Position numbers and translations under genes: made by a program. Below the pieces are notes generated by a model, which did no database searches, was not told the origin of the DNA, and worked only from the letters and a program-made list of their open reading frames with translations. DNA of 64,000 bases, from NCBI GenBank assembly GCA_947629675.1, contig CANREM010000005.1:18393-82392 (forward strand), written 5' to 3'. Origin of the DNA: an uncultured Clostridia bacterium (GTDB lineage Bacteria; Bacillota; Clostridia; Christensenellales; Borkfalkiaceae). Shown piece by piece: positions 1-9,646 of this stretch (the first letter of the stretch is position 1; the number at the start of each line of letters is the position of its first letter).

Positions 1-240
1 CACCAAACATAAGCGGAATTTGCATTTTTACCACTTTCAATATTTGGTGTATATGAAAAAAGTATACGCTTCTATTTGAACATAAAAAGTCGTACTCCCC
101 GATTTTTAAGAATTGTTTGGCATAATCAGTATACCACAGATTTTTGTTTCATGTCAAGAGTGAAGGGAATTTTCACGATTTCCGATATAAAAACCCCTGC
201 GCCAAACAAGGCAACCGACGGGTTCGCTTCCTAATCGGCA

Positions 241-275
241 CTATAAAAGCCTCGTGCCCAAAATGGCGCGAGGCT
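241..275 (-). terminator. Rho-independent terminator downstream of tRNA-Arg
   Basis: Hairpin agcctcgtgcc/ggcgcgaggct (248-275) is followed on the minus strand by a T-run (complement of ctataaaa, 241-248). Confidence 0.6.
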
Positions 276-279
276 CTTG

Positions 280-354
280 TGGTACTCCCGACGGGAATCG
301 AACCCATAACTAGCCCTTAGGAGGGGCTTGTTATATCCATTTAACTACGGAAGC
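280..354 (-). tRNA. tRNA-Arg (anticodon CCT)
   Basis: The reverse complement folds as a cloverleaf: acceptor GCTTCCG/CGGGAGT, anticodon stem AGCCC/GGGCT with loop CTCCTAA, T-loop TTCGATT, and an encoded CCA. Confidence 0.9.
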
Positions 355-581
355 GTTTGACGGGATCGTCTTATTTCCGGAAGTATTGCTTGATTTTATC
401 TTACATCATTTTCGAGGAAAATGCAAGCAATTCGCGGGCAAAAATTCACGTCCCGAAAAAAGCATTTTCTCTGGCGTGGGAAGCCTTCGGAAGAGGGGCG
501 TCAAACGCTTGAAAAAAATTTGCGATTGTGTTACAATAAACAAAAACACAGAGGCAAAACGAAAGAAATACAGGTTCGCAT

Positions 582-3518
582 ATGGGAAAGCTGCTTGGGA
601 TCGACGTCGGGTCGACCACGGTCAAACTGTGTCTGCTTGACGAAGACGGAAAAATTGCATATTCGAGCTACGTCCGGCATTTTTCACGCGTGAAGGAATG
701 CGTCCTCTCCGAACTCGGGAAGGTGCACAAATTTGCGGATAAATTCCGCGTCAGCGTTACCGGCTCTGCGGGACTGGGGCTTGCCGAGCGGGCTAATATC
801 GGTTTCGTGCAGGAAGTGCAGGCGGCGTATACCGCCATCCGCAAGCTCTATCCCGACGCGGATGCGGCGGTGGAACTCGGCGGCGAGGACGCGAAGATCA
901 TCTTCTTAACGGGCGGAACGGAGCAGCGCATGAACGGCAGCTGCGCGGGCGGAACGGGGGCGTTCATCGACCAGATGGCGACCCTTCTCGACATGTCTGT
1001 TTCGGACATGGATGCCCTGTCGCTTGCGGCGGAGCGCGTCTATCCCATCGCGTCGCGGTGCGGCGTGTTTGCAAAATCCGACATTCAGCCGCTCCTCAAC
1101 CAGGGGGCGAAAAAGGCGGATATTGCCGCCTCCATCTTCCGTGCAGTCGTCGATCAGACGGTCTCGGGCCTCGCACAGGGGAGGCGGATCAAGGGGAAAG
1201 TCCTCTTTCTCGGCGGTCCGCTCTACTTTTTGAAGGGACTTCGCAAGGCCTTCAAGGAGACTTTGGGGTTGGACGACGAGCATGCCGTTTTCCCCGAGAC
1301 CGCGCCCTGTTTCATGGCGATCGGGGCAGCCATGTCCGCGATCGGGGAGAAGGAAGAGCCTCTCGACGACATTGTTTCGCGCATCAAAAGCATCTCGGAT
1401 TCGGGCAACATCACCGTTGGGCGGCCGCTCTTTTCCTCGCGGGAGGAGTACGAGGCGTTCATCCGCCGTCACATGAGAAGCGACCTCGCATTCGAGAACA
1501 TCATGACCTATGAGGGGGATGCGTACCTCGGCATCGACTCGGGTTCGACGACGACCAAACTCATCCTCATCACCCCCGACAATAAAATTCTGTATTCGCA
1601 TTATCAGAGCAACAACGGCCAGCCTCTCGAGATCGTCACCTCCCGCCTCAAGGAAATTTACGCGCTCATGGGGGAGAGGATCGTCATCCGCGGTGCGTGT
1701 GTGACGGGCTACGGCGAGGACATGATGAAGGCCGCCTTAAAGCTCGATTTCGGCATCGTCGAGACGATGGCGCACTTTAAGGCCGCGCTTTACTTCAACC
1801 CCGATGTGGACTTTATCATCGATATCGGCGGGCAGGACATCAAGTGCTTCAAGGTGAAGAACCGCGCGATCGACTCCATCATGCTCAACGAGGCCTGCTC
1901 CTCGGGGTGCGGCTCCTTCATCCAGACGTTTGCAAAGGCGATGGGCATGGAGATCGACGAGTTCTCCCGCCTCGGCCTCTTTGCAAAGCATCCCGTGGAA
2001 CTCGGTTCCCGCTGTACGGTGTTCATGAACAGCTCGGTAAAACAGGCGCAAAAAGAGGGGGCGAGCGTGGAGGACATCTCCGCAGGCCTATCCTCTTCCA
2101 TCGTGAAGAACGCGATCTACAAGGTCATCCGTGCACGCTCTCCCGAAGAACTCGGCAGCCACATCGTCGTGCAAGGGGGGACTTTTTTGAACGACGCCGT
2201 CCTGCGCTCCTTCGAGATCGAGACGGGGAAAGAGGTCGTCCGCCCTGCAATCGCGGGGCTTATGGGGGCGTTCGGCGCGGCCCTGTATGCGAAGGAAAAT
2301 AGCAAAAATGAAACGCTTGTCTCGGACATGGTATCCCTCTCTGAGTTGGAGAAGTTCTCCTATGACAGCAGATCGACGACCTGCAAGGGTTGCACTTCGC
2401 GCTGCAGTATCAACATCCTCACCTTCTCCGACGGCAGAAGGTTCATCTCGGGGAACAAGTGCGAGCGCGGCGCGGGACTAAAAGTCCCCACAAAGCCGCT
2501 CGACCTTTACGCCTACAAATATAACTACCTTCTCTCCCTTCCGAACCCCGCAAAGCGTCCGCGGGCGAAGGTGGGGCTTCCCATGCAGCTCGTCATGTTC
2601 GAACAGCTCCCGCTTTGGGTGGGTTTCTTCGAGGCATGCGGGTTTGAAGTCGTCCTCTCGGAGAGGAGTTCGCGCGAACTCTACTTCCGCGGCCAGCACA
2701 CGGTGGCGAGCGACACCGTCTGTTACCCCGCAAAGCTCCTGCACGGGCACATCGAATCCCTCCTCGACAAGGGGGTGGACTTCATCTTCTATCCCTGCGA
2801 GAGCTATAATTTCGACGAACACGACAGCGTCAACCACTACAACTGTCCCGTTGTCGCCTACTATCCCGAACTTCTGAAGGCGAACAACGAACGGCTCACA
2901 AAGGACAATTTCATCACGCCCTATCTCGACCCCAACAGCGTGCATGCGACGGTGAACGCACTCCACCGCGCCCTCGCAAGGTTCGGCCTCTCCCGCGCCC
3001 TCATACGGCGGGCCTATGAGGCGGGGCTTGACAAGTTGTCGGCATACCATGTCGCGGTCAGGACGGAGGGAAAGCGCGTTTTGGCGGAGGCGGAGAGGCT
3101 TGGAAAACAGGTCGTCGTGCTTGCGGGAAGGCCGTACCACGCCGACCCCGAGATCAACCACGGCATCAACAAACTGCTCTCCTCGCTTGGCTTTGCCGTC
3201 CTTTCGGAGGACGCCGTCTTTGAGGACGCGCCCATCGTCGAAGTGAACGTTCTCAACCAGTGGACCTATCACGCCCGCCTCTACCGCGCGGCGCAGTTCT
3301 GTGCCAAAAAGAAAAATGTCAACCTCGTCCAGCTCGTCTCCTTCGGGTGCGGCATCGACGCCATCACGACGGACGAAGTGCGCGCCATCCTCGAGAGATG
3401 TGGCAAGTTGTATACGCAGATCAAGATCGACGAGATCAACAATTTGGGCGTCGTGAAGATCCGCCTTCGGTCGATGCTCGCCGCCATCTCGGAGCAGGCG
3501 GGGAGGGAGGCTCTATGA
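582..3518 (+). CDS. Acyl-CoA dehydratase activase (two BadF/BadG/BcrA/BcrD-type ATPase domains plus a C-terminal DUF2229-like region)
   Basis: 978-aa ORF. GIDVGSTTVK and GIDSGSTTTK actin-fold ATPase motifs occur twice. Family assigned by recall of CoA-substrate-specific enzyme activases. Confidence 0.8.
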   Translation: MGKLLGIDVGSTTVKLCLLDEDGKIAYSSYVRHFSRVKECVLSELGKVHKFADKFRVSVTGSAGLGLAERANIGFVQEVQAAYTAIRKLYPDADAAVELGGEDAKIIFLTGGTEQRMNGSCAGGTGAFIDQMATLLDMSVSDMDALSLAAERVYPIASRCGVFAKSDIQPLLNQGAKKADIAASIFRAVVDQTVSGLAQGRRIKGKVLFLGGPLYFLKGLRKAFKETLGLDDEHAVFPETAPCFMAIGAAMSAIGEKEEPLDDIVSRIKSISDSGNITVGRPLFSSREEYEAFIRRHMRSDLAFENIMTYEGDAYLGIDSGSTTTKLILITPDNKILYSHYQSNNGQPLEIVTSRLKEIYALMGERIVIRGACVTGYGEDMMKAALKLDFGIVETMAHFKAALYFNPDVDFIIDIGGQDIKCFKVKNRAIDSIMLNEACSSGCGSFIQTFAKAMGMEIDEFSRLGLFAKHPVELGSRCTVFMNSSVKQAQKEGASVEDISAGLSSSIVKNAIYKVIRARSPEELGSHIVVQGGTFLNDAVLRSFEIETGKEVVRPAIAGLMGAFGAALYAKENSKNETLVSDMVSLSELEKFSYDSRSTTCKGCTSRCSINILTFSDGRRFISGNKCERGAGLKVPTKPLDLYAYKYNYLLSLPNPAKRPRAKVGLPMQLVMFEQLPLWVGFFEACGFEVVLSERSSRELYFRGQHTVASDTVCYPAKLLHGHIESLLDKGVDFIFYPCESYNFDEHDSVNHYNCPVVAYYPELLKANNERLTKDNFITPYLDPNSVHATVNALHRALARFGLSRALIRRAYEAGLDKLSAYHVAVRTEGKRVLAEAERLGKQVVVLAGRPYHADPEINHGINKLLSSLGFAVLSEDAVFEDAPIVEVNVLNQWTYHARLYRAAQFCAKKKNVNLVQLVSFGCGIDAITTDEVRAILERCGKLYTQIKIDEINNLGVVKIRLRSMLAAISEQAGREAL

Positions 3519-4780
3519 AGAATAAAGACACCCGGGAGCGGGTGAGTTTTTGCGACGATTATCCCCGCTTCACAGATGAAATGAAGAGGAACTACACCAT
3601 CCTCGTGCCCGACATGCTCCCGTGGCATTTCGACCTTCTCACCTACATTTTGGAGAAAGAGGGGTACCATGTCGAGGTCTTGCACAATGAGGGAAGGCAG
3701 GTCATCGACGAGGGATTAAAGCATGTGCATAACGATACCTGTTTCCCCGCGCTCTGCGTCATCGGGCAGTATCTCGACGCTCTTAACAGCGGGAAGTATG
3801 ATGTAGACAAAACGGCCGTCCTCATCACCCAGACGGGCGGTGGCTGCCGTGCGAGCAACTACCTTCCCCTCATTAGGAAGGCCCTCAGGGCGGAATTTCC
3901 GCAAGTGCCCGTCCTCTCCCTCAACTTCTCAGGCCTCGAGAAGGGGAGCGGGCTGAAGATGACCCTGCCCCTTATCGTGAAGTTCGCCTATGCCATCTTC
4001 TACGGCGACCTCATCATGTCCTGCTTCAACCAAACCAAGCCCTACGAGCGGGAGGAAGAAGCATGCGCAAAGGTGCGTGCTGCCCTCTTCGAAAGCCTCC
4101 GCAAAGCCTTCGACGGGAGGGGATATAAGCACTTTAAGAGGAACATCGACGCCATTCTCGCCGCCTTTGCGGCCGTCCCCGTGACGGGAGAGAAAAAGAT
4201 CAAAGTGGGCATCGTCGGGGAGATCTATGTGAAATATTCCCCCCTCGGGAACTCCCATTTGGAGGAATTTCTTCTCTCCGAGGGGTGCGAACCCGTCGTG
4301 CCCGCGCTCATGGATTTCATCCTCTATTGCATCGTCAACAACCTCAATGATGCGAAGTATTATGGGAAAAGGAGCGTTGCGACGCTTGCCTTCCGCATCG
4401 CCTACAGGTGGGTGCTGGGCAAGCAAAGAAAGGCGATCGCCCGCATGAAAAAACAGGGGAGGTTCGAGCCGCTGCATGACTTCGAACATCTCCGCACATA
4501 CGCCGATAAGGTCATCGACCAGGGGGTGAAGATGGGCGAAGGATGGCTCATCCCCGCCGAAATGGCCGCCCTTGCCAAAAGCGGGACAAAGAATATCGTC
4601 TGCGCACAGCCCTTCGGGTGCCTGCCCAACCACATTGCGGGCAAGGGCGCGGCGAGACGGGTAAAGACGCTCTGCCCCGACGCAAACATCGTGCCCGTAG
4701 ATTACGACCCCTCGGCGACGAAAGTCAATCAGGAGAACAGGATAAAACTCATGCTCGCGAATGCGCGCGAGAACACTTAA
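3515..4780 (+). CDS. Acyl-CoA dehydratase activase-related protein (2-hydroxyacyl-CoA dehydratase-like)
   Basis: The ATG at 3515 overlaps the upstream stop (ATGA). The N-terminus MKNKDTRERVSFCDDYPRF and the usual partnership with the activase support the call. The first 85 codons of the tracked ORF overlap the upstream gene and were discarded. Confidence 0.7.
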   Translation: MKNKDTRERVSFCDDYPRFTDEMKRNYTILVPDMLPWHFDLLTYILEKEGYHVEVLHNEGRQVIDEGLKHVHNDTCFPALCVIGQYLDALNSGKYDVDKTAVLITQTGGGCRASNYLPLIRKALRAEFPQVPVLSLNFSGLEKGSGLKMTLPLIVKFAYAIFYGDLIMSCFNQTKPYEREEEACAKVRAALFESLRKAFDGRGYKHFKRNIDAILAAFAAVPVTGEKKIKVGIVGEIYVKYSPLGNSHLEEFLLSEGCEPVVPALMDFILYCIVNNLNDAKYYGKRSVATLAFRIAYRWVLGKQRKAIARMKKQGRFEPLHDFEHLRTYADKVIDQGVKMGEGWLIPAEMAALAKSGTKNIVCAQPFGCLPNHIAGKGAARRVKTLCPDANIVPVDYDPSATKVNQENRIKLMLANARENT

Positions 4781-4794
4781 AAATATAAAAATAA

Positions 4795-4828
4795 CCCCCG
4801 TACCGCGGACATGGTACGGGGATTTTTT
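4795..4828. terminator. Bidirectional terminator between convergent genes
   Basis: Hairpin cccccgtacc/ggtacgggg is flanked by an A-run on the left and a T-run on the right. Confidence 0.7.
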
Positions 4829-4840
4829 GTGAATTGCAAT

Positions 4841-5608
4841 TTATTCCTTGTTGAAAGAGGGGAGGTATTCGATGCCCCAATCATACGACTTGCAAAACTC
4901 TCCGCTATGCTCCGTCGGGATCCCCTGAAGGAAGTCCCAATAGTCGCATTGGATGCCCTCTTTGTTCAAAAAGAGGCACGCCCGCGCAAAGTCCACGCAG
5001 TTGAAATCGATCTGCTGCAGCGTCTTTCTCAGCCGCCACACGGCGTCGCGGTACAAAATTTTGCTCTTGTCAACGTCGAGATCCGGCCAGAGCTGGGAGA
5101 TGGCGTCCGTCATGGAGAGCGACCGCCCGTTGTAGGCAACAAGGAGCGCGAAGAGTTCCTTGGACTTGTTGGAGGAAAAGCGGACGGGGCTGTCTCCCAT
5201 GAACACTTCGAAGGAGCCGAACATGTGGACCTGGAGCTTGGGCGCGCCCTTCTCGAGGACGGAGAGGATGGCGTGCAGTTCGTCCGCATCGTACGGCTTA
5301 TACAAAAAGCCCACCGTGCGTGCGCGTACATCCGCATCGAGGTCGGAGGGCTTCACGCTCTGCCCCGTGACAAAGACGATGCGCGTCTCTTCGTTTGCAC
5401 GAACGATCTTCTTTGCCAGATCGAACCCGCTGATGTGCGGCATACTGATGTCGAGGAAGGCGGCCGAGACCTTGTTCTTTTGAATATAGTCGAGGATCTC
5501 CTGTTCGTCATCCTTGAAAAAGCGGTATTCGGCGTCCGTCTTTCCGATGACGTCGCCGAGGAAGGTATGATGGGCGGTGATCTCGTCGTCAACGATGATG
5601 ATCTTCAT
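4841..5608 (-). CDS. Response regulator (receiver domain plus winged-helix SARP/Trans_reg_C-like output)
   Basis: N-terminus MKIIIVDDE...FLDISMP...YKPY matches a CheY-like receiver. The C-terminal half resembles a winged-helix effector domain. Confidence 0.8.
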   Translation of the reverse strand: MKIIIVDDEITAHHTFLGDVIGKTDAEYRFFKDDEQEILDYIQKNKVSAAFLDISMPHISGFDLAKKIVRANEETRIVFVTGQSVKPSDLDADVRARTVGFLYKPYDADELHAILSVLEKGAPKLQVHMFGSFEVFMGDSPVRFSSNKSKELFALLVAYNGRSLSMTDAISQLWPDLDVDKSKILYRDAVWRLRKTLQQIDFNCVDFARACLFLNKEGIQCDYWDFLQGIPTEHSGEFCKSYDWGIEYLPSFNKE

Positions 5609-5617
5609 GGCTGTTCC

Positions 5618-7021
5618 TTACTCAATAATTTGAGAACTGATGGAGGGGGTGCTATTTTTGATAAAAATGCGGACGGTCGTCCCCTTGCCGGGGGAACTTA
5701 CGATCTCGGGCGTGACGCCCATGAGCATGGAGAGGCGTTCGGAGGAATTTCTGATCCCGCAGGAGGCGGGCTTGACCGCCGCGGGGTCGAAGCCGACGCC
5801 GTTGTCCGCGACGACGAGGAGGATGCCCTCTTCCTCTCTCCGGGTGGAGATGAGGATGAAGCCGTCCTCCTTTTCGTTCACCCGCGAGTACTTGATGGCA
5901 TTTTCGATATACGGCTGAAGGGAGAGGATGGGGACGGCAAAGTCGGTGCAGTCGATGTCATAGATGATGTGGAAGGCATTGCCGAGGCGCATGTTCTCGA
6001 GATCGACGAGGACCTGCACGTTGTCGAGTTCCTTCTCAAAGGGGATGAAGTCCACGTCTGTCGCCTCGATGTTGGTGCGAAGATGGCGGGCAAGGAGGGT
6101 GACTGCGCGGTCCCCTTCGTCCACGTTGTTGCGGTAGAGCGATTGGATGGCGGCAAGCACGTTGAAGATGAAGTGCGGCTTGATCTGCTCCTTGAGGGCG
6201 CGGGCCTTGATGCGCTCGTATTGCAGTTTATATTCGCTCGCCTTGAGCGCGGCGCGGTCCGTCCGCATGGCGAATGCGGCATAGATGGAAAGAAAGACGA
6301 GGATGACGGGGATGGCGTGGAAGGCGGATACCCCCGCGGAAGAGCTTCCCTGCACAAGGCACACTTCAAAGGTGAGGGCGGAGCCGACGACCGAATAGAA
6401 GAGAGCCTCGGTGGCGATGAAGGTCTTGTCCATCTGCTTTGCAAGCGGCATGCGGCGGTAGGTATATGCGGCCGCAGCGACAACGCCCACAAAGAAGAGC
6501 GCGGAGCCGATCATGGGAAGCCCGAAAAAGTAGAGCGAAGAGTACAGTGCGATGCAGACGAGGGACCACAGTCCCGAGATGATGAGAACGCGGCGGGGAA
6601 TGCCGACGGAGAAGGTGTAGTTCCAGAAGAGGAAGATGGCGAAGGCGGCGACTTCAAAGAAGAAGAAATGCAAAATGTCGCCGATCTCGAAGGACAGTCC
6701 GCCCCCGTGGCCGAACATGACGGCGAGAAAGTCCCGTCCCGTCAGGTGGAACCCGAGGAGGGCAACGGCGACAAAGACGGTGTGCCATGTGGAGTCCGAG
6801 ATGGTGATCGCGGAGACGACCTCGATGACGACAAAGAGGGCAAAAAAGCAAAGCGCGATGATGGCGAGAACTTCCACCGATTGAAGATAAAACTGCCCGA
6901 AGTCAAGCCCCGCCGCATGCGCAGCGGCGGCAACGATGCAACCCGTCAAAAGGAGGAGAGCGTCCGCGATCGCGGAAAAGATGCGGACGCGCTTTTTGTT
7001 TGCTTCGGCCTTCATATCCAA
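5618..7021 (-). CDS. Sensor histidine kinase, LytS/YehU-type
   Basis: Polytopic N-terminal half, then an HFIFN H-box-like segment and GHKL motifs (ENAIKYS, DNGVGF, GKGT). It lies 9 nt upstream of the response regulator gene. Confidence 0.8.
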   Translation of the reverse strand: MDMKAEANKKRVRIFSAIADALLLLTGCIVAAAAHAAGLDFGQFYLQSVEVLAIIALCFFALFVVIEVVSAITISDSTWHTVFVAVALLGFHLTGRDFLAVMFGHGGGLSFEIGDILHFFFFEVAAFAIFLFWNYTFSVGIPRRVLIISGLWSLVCIALYSSLYFFGLPMIGSALFFVGVVAAAAYTYRRMPLAKQMDKTFIATEALFYSVVGSALTFEVCLVQGSSSAGVSAFHAIPVILVFLSIYAAFAMRTDRAALKASEYKLQYERIKARALKEQIKPHFIFNVLAAIQSLYRNNVDEGDRAVTLLARHLRTNIEATDVDFIPFEKELDNVQVLVDLENMRLGNAFHIIYDIDCTDFAVPILSLQPYIENAIKYSRVNEKEDGFILISTRREEEGILLVVADNGVGFDPAAVKPASCGIRNSSERLSMLMGVTPEIVSSPGKGTTVRIFIKNSTPSISSQIIE

Positions 7022-7420
7022 TATTATAGGGAAGGAAAACGTTCCTTGTCAATCAAAGAAAAAAATTTTCGAAGAAATTTTTTCAAAACCCCCGAATTCA
7101 AGCACTTTTTTAGCACTTCGGTTGCTATAATCAAATCGTTCCTTCCCCGTGAAGGCTATCATCGGGGAGAGACAAAGACGCCGACAGCGCAAGGATGAGG
7201 AGGGCAAATTCGAGAATACGCTCTTCGGCCTCGCCGCCGAGTCGCCGTCGGATGAGAGAATAGTGCCTATAAATCGGGGAAGGCCGCGAAGTTTTTTCGT
7301 GGCCTTTCTCACGCCCTCTGCAAGTCGTGCCTTTTATGAAAATCATAAATAAATGGCATTTTTTTGTAAAAAAACGGCAAAAATCTTTTATTTCGATAAA
7401 ATTCGAAATGATGAACTTTC

Positions 7421-7798
7421 TCAAAAAATGTTTTCGAGCGCGGGGCTGTAAGTCGCGGGAAGGCAGACCGCGAGGTGCAGAAGGATCTCGATCTTGGGGA
7501 GGGCGAGCGCGTACTCCTTCTCGGCGACGAGGCGGACGGTCTCGGACATATAGTCGTCGATGCGCGTGATGTCGCTGTGAGGGATCCAGACGTGCAGCGT
7601 CTCCTTTTTCTTCTCCCACGAGACTTGCACCGCCTTTGCGTCCTCCCCGTTCGCCTGCATATTTTCCGTCTTATCGTACAGCGTCTCAAGTTCCTTCCGG
7701 AAGCTCGAGAATTCGTTTTTGACCGAGAGCCATTCCCCGACGCCCAGCCCCACGAGGAGGGAGAGGGCAACGGCGATGGCCGTGAGTGACTTTACCAT
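7421..7798 (-). CDS. DUF4363 family protein
   Basis: 125 aa with an N-terminal TM. Sequence pattern and its usual pairing with DUF421 genes (family recalled from memory). Confidence 0.6.
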   Translation of the reverse strand: MVKSLTAIAVALSLLVGLGVGEWLSVKNEFSSFRKELETLYDKTENMQANGEDAKAVQVSWEKKKETLHVWIPHSDITRIDDYMSETVRLVAEKEYALALPKIEILLHLAVCLPATYSPALENIF

Positions 7799-7810
7799 AT
7801 GTAAAGGGGC

Positions 7811-8554
7811 TTACCACGTCTTTCCGTCGGGGTACTCGACGCGGAGAGTCTTATATTTGCGCTTTTTCACCTGGAGATAAATTTTGCCCGTGCCGTCGGC
7901 GGTGAGGACGAGGACGTTTTTGAGTTTTCCGACCTTCTCATCTTGTAAAATTTTACGGAAGAACTGCTCGTCGAGGCCGATGAGCTGCAAATTCTTCTTG
8001 TCGAATTTTCCGTTGTCGATTATGACGAGGGGGAGGGAACATTCCTTTTCCTCGTAGTCCTTTTTGGGCAGGGCGGAGAACTGCCCGTTGGATTCATAGA
8101 GGGCGTAGTCGATGCTGTCGAGAGAAAAATAGCCGGCGTTCCGAAGGCTTTCGATGAGGTCGGAGACGTCGAGGTTGTTCTTCTTGAGCTGATAGTCGTC
8201 GATGCCGTCCTTGTTGATCACGAGGGAGGGCTTGCCGCTGATGAGGGATTTTAAGGGCTTCACCTTGAGGTCGAGTAGGGTGACGACTTCGTGCAAAACA
8301 TAGATGGCGACGACGGAGACGAGGCCGTAGAGGAGGGGGATGGAGGCGTCGGACATCGGGATGCAGGCAAGCTCGGCGATGAGGAGGGTGATGACGAGTT
8401 CGAAGGGCTGCATCTCGCCGATCTGCCGCTTCCCCATGAGCCGCATGATGATAAGAAGGACGACGAAGATGATCGCGGTGCGGATGATGACGAGTACCAT
8501 ATAACTGCATTTTTTGTGAAAGTCGCGGAAAATATGTAAAATTTGTTTGCGCAT
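7811..8554 (-). CDS. DUF421 (YetF-like) membrane protein
   Basis: The core MRLMGKRQIGEMQPFELVITLLIAE is typical of DUF421. The start is uncertain (ATG at 8554 or 8500). The tracked 294-aa ORF extends into the THF riboswitch region and is too long. Confidence 0.7.
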   Translation of the reverse strand: MRKQILHIFRDFHKKCSYMVLVIIRTAIIFVVLLIIMRLMGKRQIGEMQPFELVITLLIAELACIPMSDASIPLLYGLVSVVAIYVLHEVVTLLDLKVKPLKSLISGKPSLVINKDGIDDYQLKKNNLDVSDLIESLRNAGYFSLDSIDYALYESNGQFSALPKKDYEEKECSLPLVIIDNGKFDKKNLQLIGLDEQFFRKILQDEKVGKLKNVLVLTADGTGKIYLQVKKRKYKTLRVEYPDGKTW

Positions 8555-8580
8555 TTTTGTGCCGTGTGTTATCATTTTCG

Positions 8581-8680
8581 GGAAGAGTAGCCAAGGCGCG
8601 TCAAGTGCTGCGAAACGGGACGTTGTTCGCAGACGAAAGGGAACTCTCCCTGCGGTGCCTTCGGCGCGTCCGCTCGTCGT
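8581..8680 (+). promoter_or_regulatory. THF (tetrahydrofolate) riboswitch aptamer, class I
   Basis: GAGUAG-CCAAGG-CGCGUCAAGUG-CUGCGAA-ACGGGACGUUG-UUCGCAG-ACGAA...GCGGUG-CCUUCGG-CGCGUCCGCUC matches, helix by helix, the Eubacterium siraeum THF aptamer as I recall it. P2 and P3 carry compensatory substitutions. Confidence 0.85.
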
Positions 8681-8850
8681 CGCTCGTCGTCGCACGCCCC
8701 CCTTTCGCGCTTTTCTTTCGAAAAGCTGTATTTGGAGGCGGCTCCTCCTCTTCGCAAAAAAGCTTTCGCGGAAATCTTTTTTGCGAGAAACAGAGGTGGA
8801 GCGATCGACTTCCTTTACGTTTCCACATGGGAAAAGCGGCGAAACAACGG

Positions 8851-8868
8851 ACCTCCTCGAAAGGAGGT
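8851..8868 (+). promoter_or_regulatory. SD-sequestering hairpin (part of the riboswitch expression platform)
   Basis: acctcct-cgaa-aggaggt forms a perfect 7-bp stem. Its 3' arm is the AGGAGG ribosome-binding site for the ATG at 8875. Confidence 0.7.
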
Positions 8869-8874
8869 TTTTTC

Positions 8875-9564
8875 ATGTCCGAGACAAAAAACGAAGGCAC
8901 CATGTCCGAAGAACGGCCCTCAAAAAGCAAGAAGGGAAAGCTGTGGGAGCGCGTACTTTTCTCCGACCTTCTCGTGGATAAGTCGAAGGGGGTGCGCGTC
9001 GCCTACATCGGAGTTCTGGCCGCGCTTTGCATCGCCGTCAACATGTTCGAGATAAAGTTTGCGACCGTGCAGTTCTCCTTCACGCTCTTTGCGTCCGTCC
9101 TTTCGGGCATCCTTATCGGTCCCGTCTTTGGCTTTGCCGCCGTATTTTGGGGGGACGGGGTGGGGTATCTTGTGAACAGCGCGGGCTATCCCTACTATTG
9201 GTGGGTCGCGCTCTCCTGCGCCCTCATGGCGGCGATCGCGGGCCTCGTCATGAAGCTCCCCTTAAAGTTCCGCGGGAGCATGTATGTGAAACTTGTCATC
9301 ATCTGCGTTCTCACCCTGCTCCTCTGCTCTGCGGGAGTGAACAGCCTCGGCATGTATTACATCGGCCTCAGGATCTATATGCCGAAGGATGTCCTCGAGG
9401 CCGTGGCCTCACGCTTCGGCGGGAAGCTCAACTTCTGGACCTATCTTGTCATCCGCTTCTTCCTCCTCGGGCAGATCTGGAACAGCCTCGTAAACTATGC
9501 CCTGCTCTTTATCGTCCTTCCCGTCCTGCGTGCGATAAGGCCTTTGAAACTTGATATCAAATAG
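8875..9564 (+). CDS. folT: ECF transporter S component, probable folate-family (FolT-like)
   Basis: 229-aa polytopic protein with an AGGAGG RBS 7 nt upstream, directly downstream of a THF riboswitch. Substrate is inferred from the riboswitch. Confidence 0.75.
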   Translation: MSETKNEGTMSEERPSKSKKGKLWERVLFSDLLVDKSKGVRVAYIGVLAALCIAVNMFEIKFATVQFSFTLFASVLSGILIGPVFGFAAVFWGDGVGYLVNSAGYPYYWWVALSCALMAAIAGLVMKLPLKFRGSMYVKLVIICVLTLLLCSAGVNSLGMYYIGLRIYMPKDVLEAVASRFGGKLNFWTYLVIRFFLLGQIWNSLVNYALLFIVLPVLRAIRPLKLDIK

Positions 9565-9584
9565 AAATTTCCCCATACTATGTG

Positions 9585-9613
9585 TTGACTTTTCCGCGCA
9601 CGCGGTATATAAT
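9585..9613 (+). promoter_or_regulatory. Sigma-A-type promoter upstream of lgt
   Basis: TTGACT (9585-9590), 17-nt spacer, TATAAT (9608-9613). Confidence 0.6.
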
Positions 9614-9646
9614 AGACGCAGTATTTGAAATTTATAGGAGCAAGCT

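Noticed and set aside
1-240. AT-rich segment downstream of the tRNA-Arg 3' end as the edge of another integrated island
   Set aside because: The composition shift is visible, but the window starts here. No repeat of the tRNA 3' end or integrase can be examined.
4811-7198. 795-aa plus-strand ORF spanning the two-component system region
   Set aside because: It is antisense to two well-supported minus-strand genes (response regulator and LytS-type kinase). Its composition is biased toward G/D/E/R/V, typical of shadow ORFs in G+C-rich DNA, and it has no motifs.
8557-8874. N-terminal 106 codons of the tracked 335-aa ORF upstream of folT
   Set aside because: This stretch is the THF riboswitch and its expression platform. 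A strong AGGAGG-ATG start exists at 8875.
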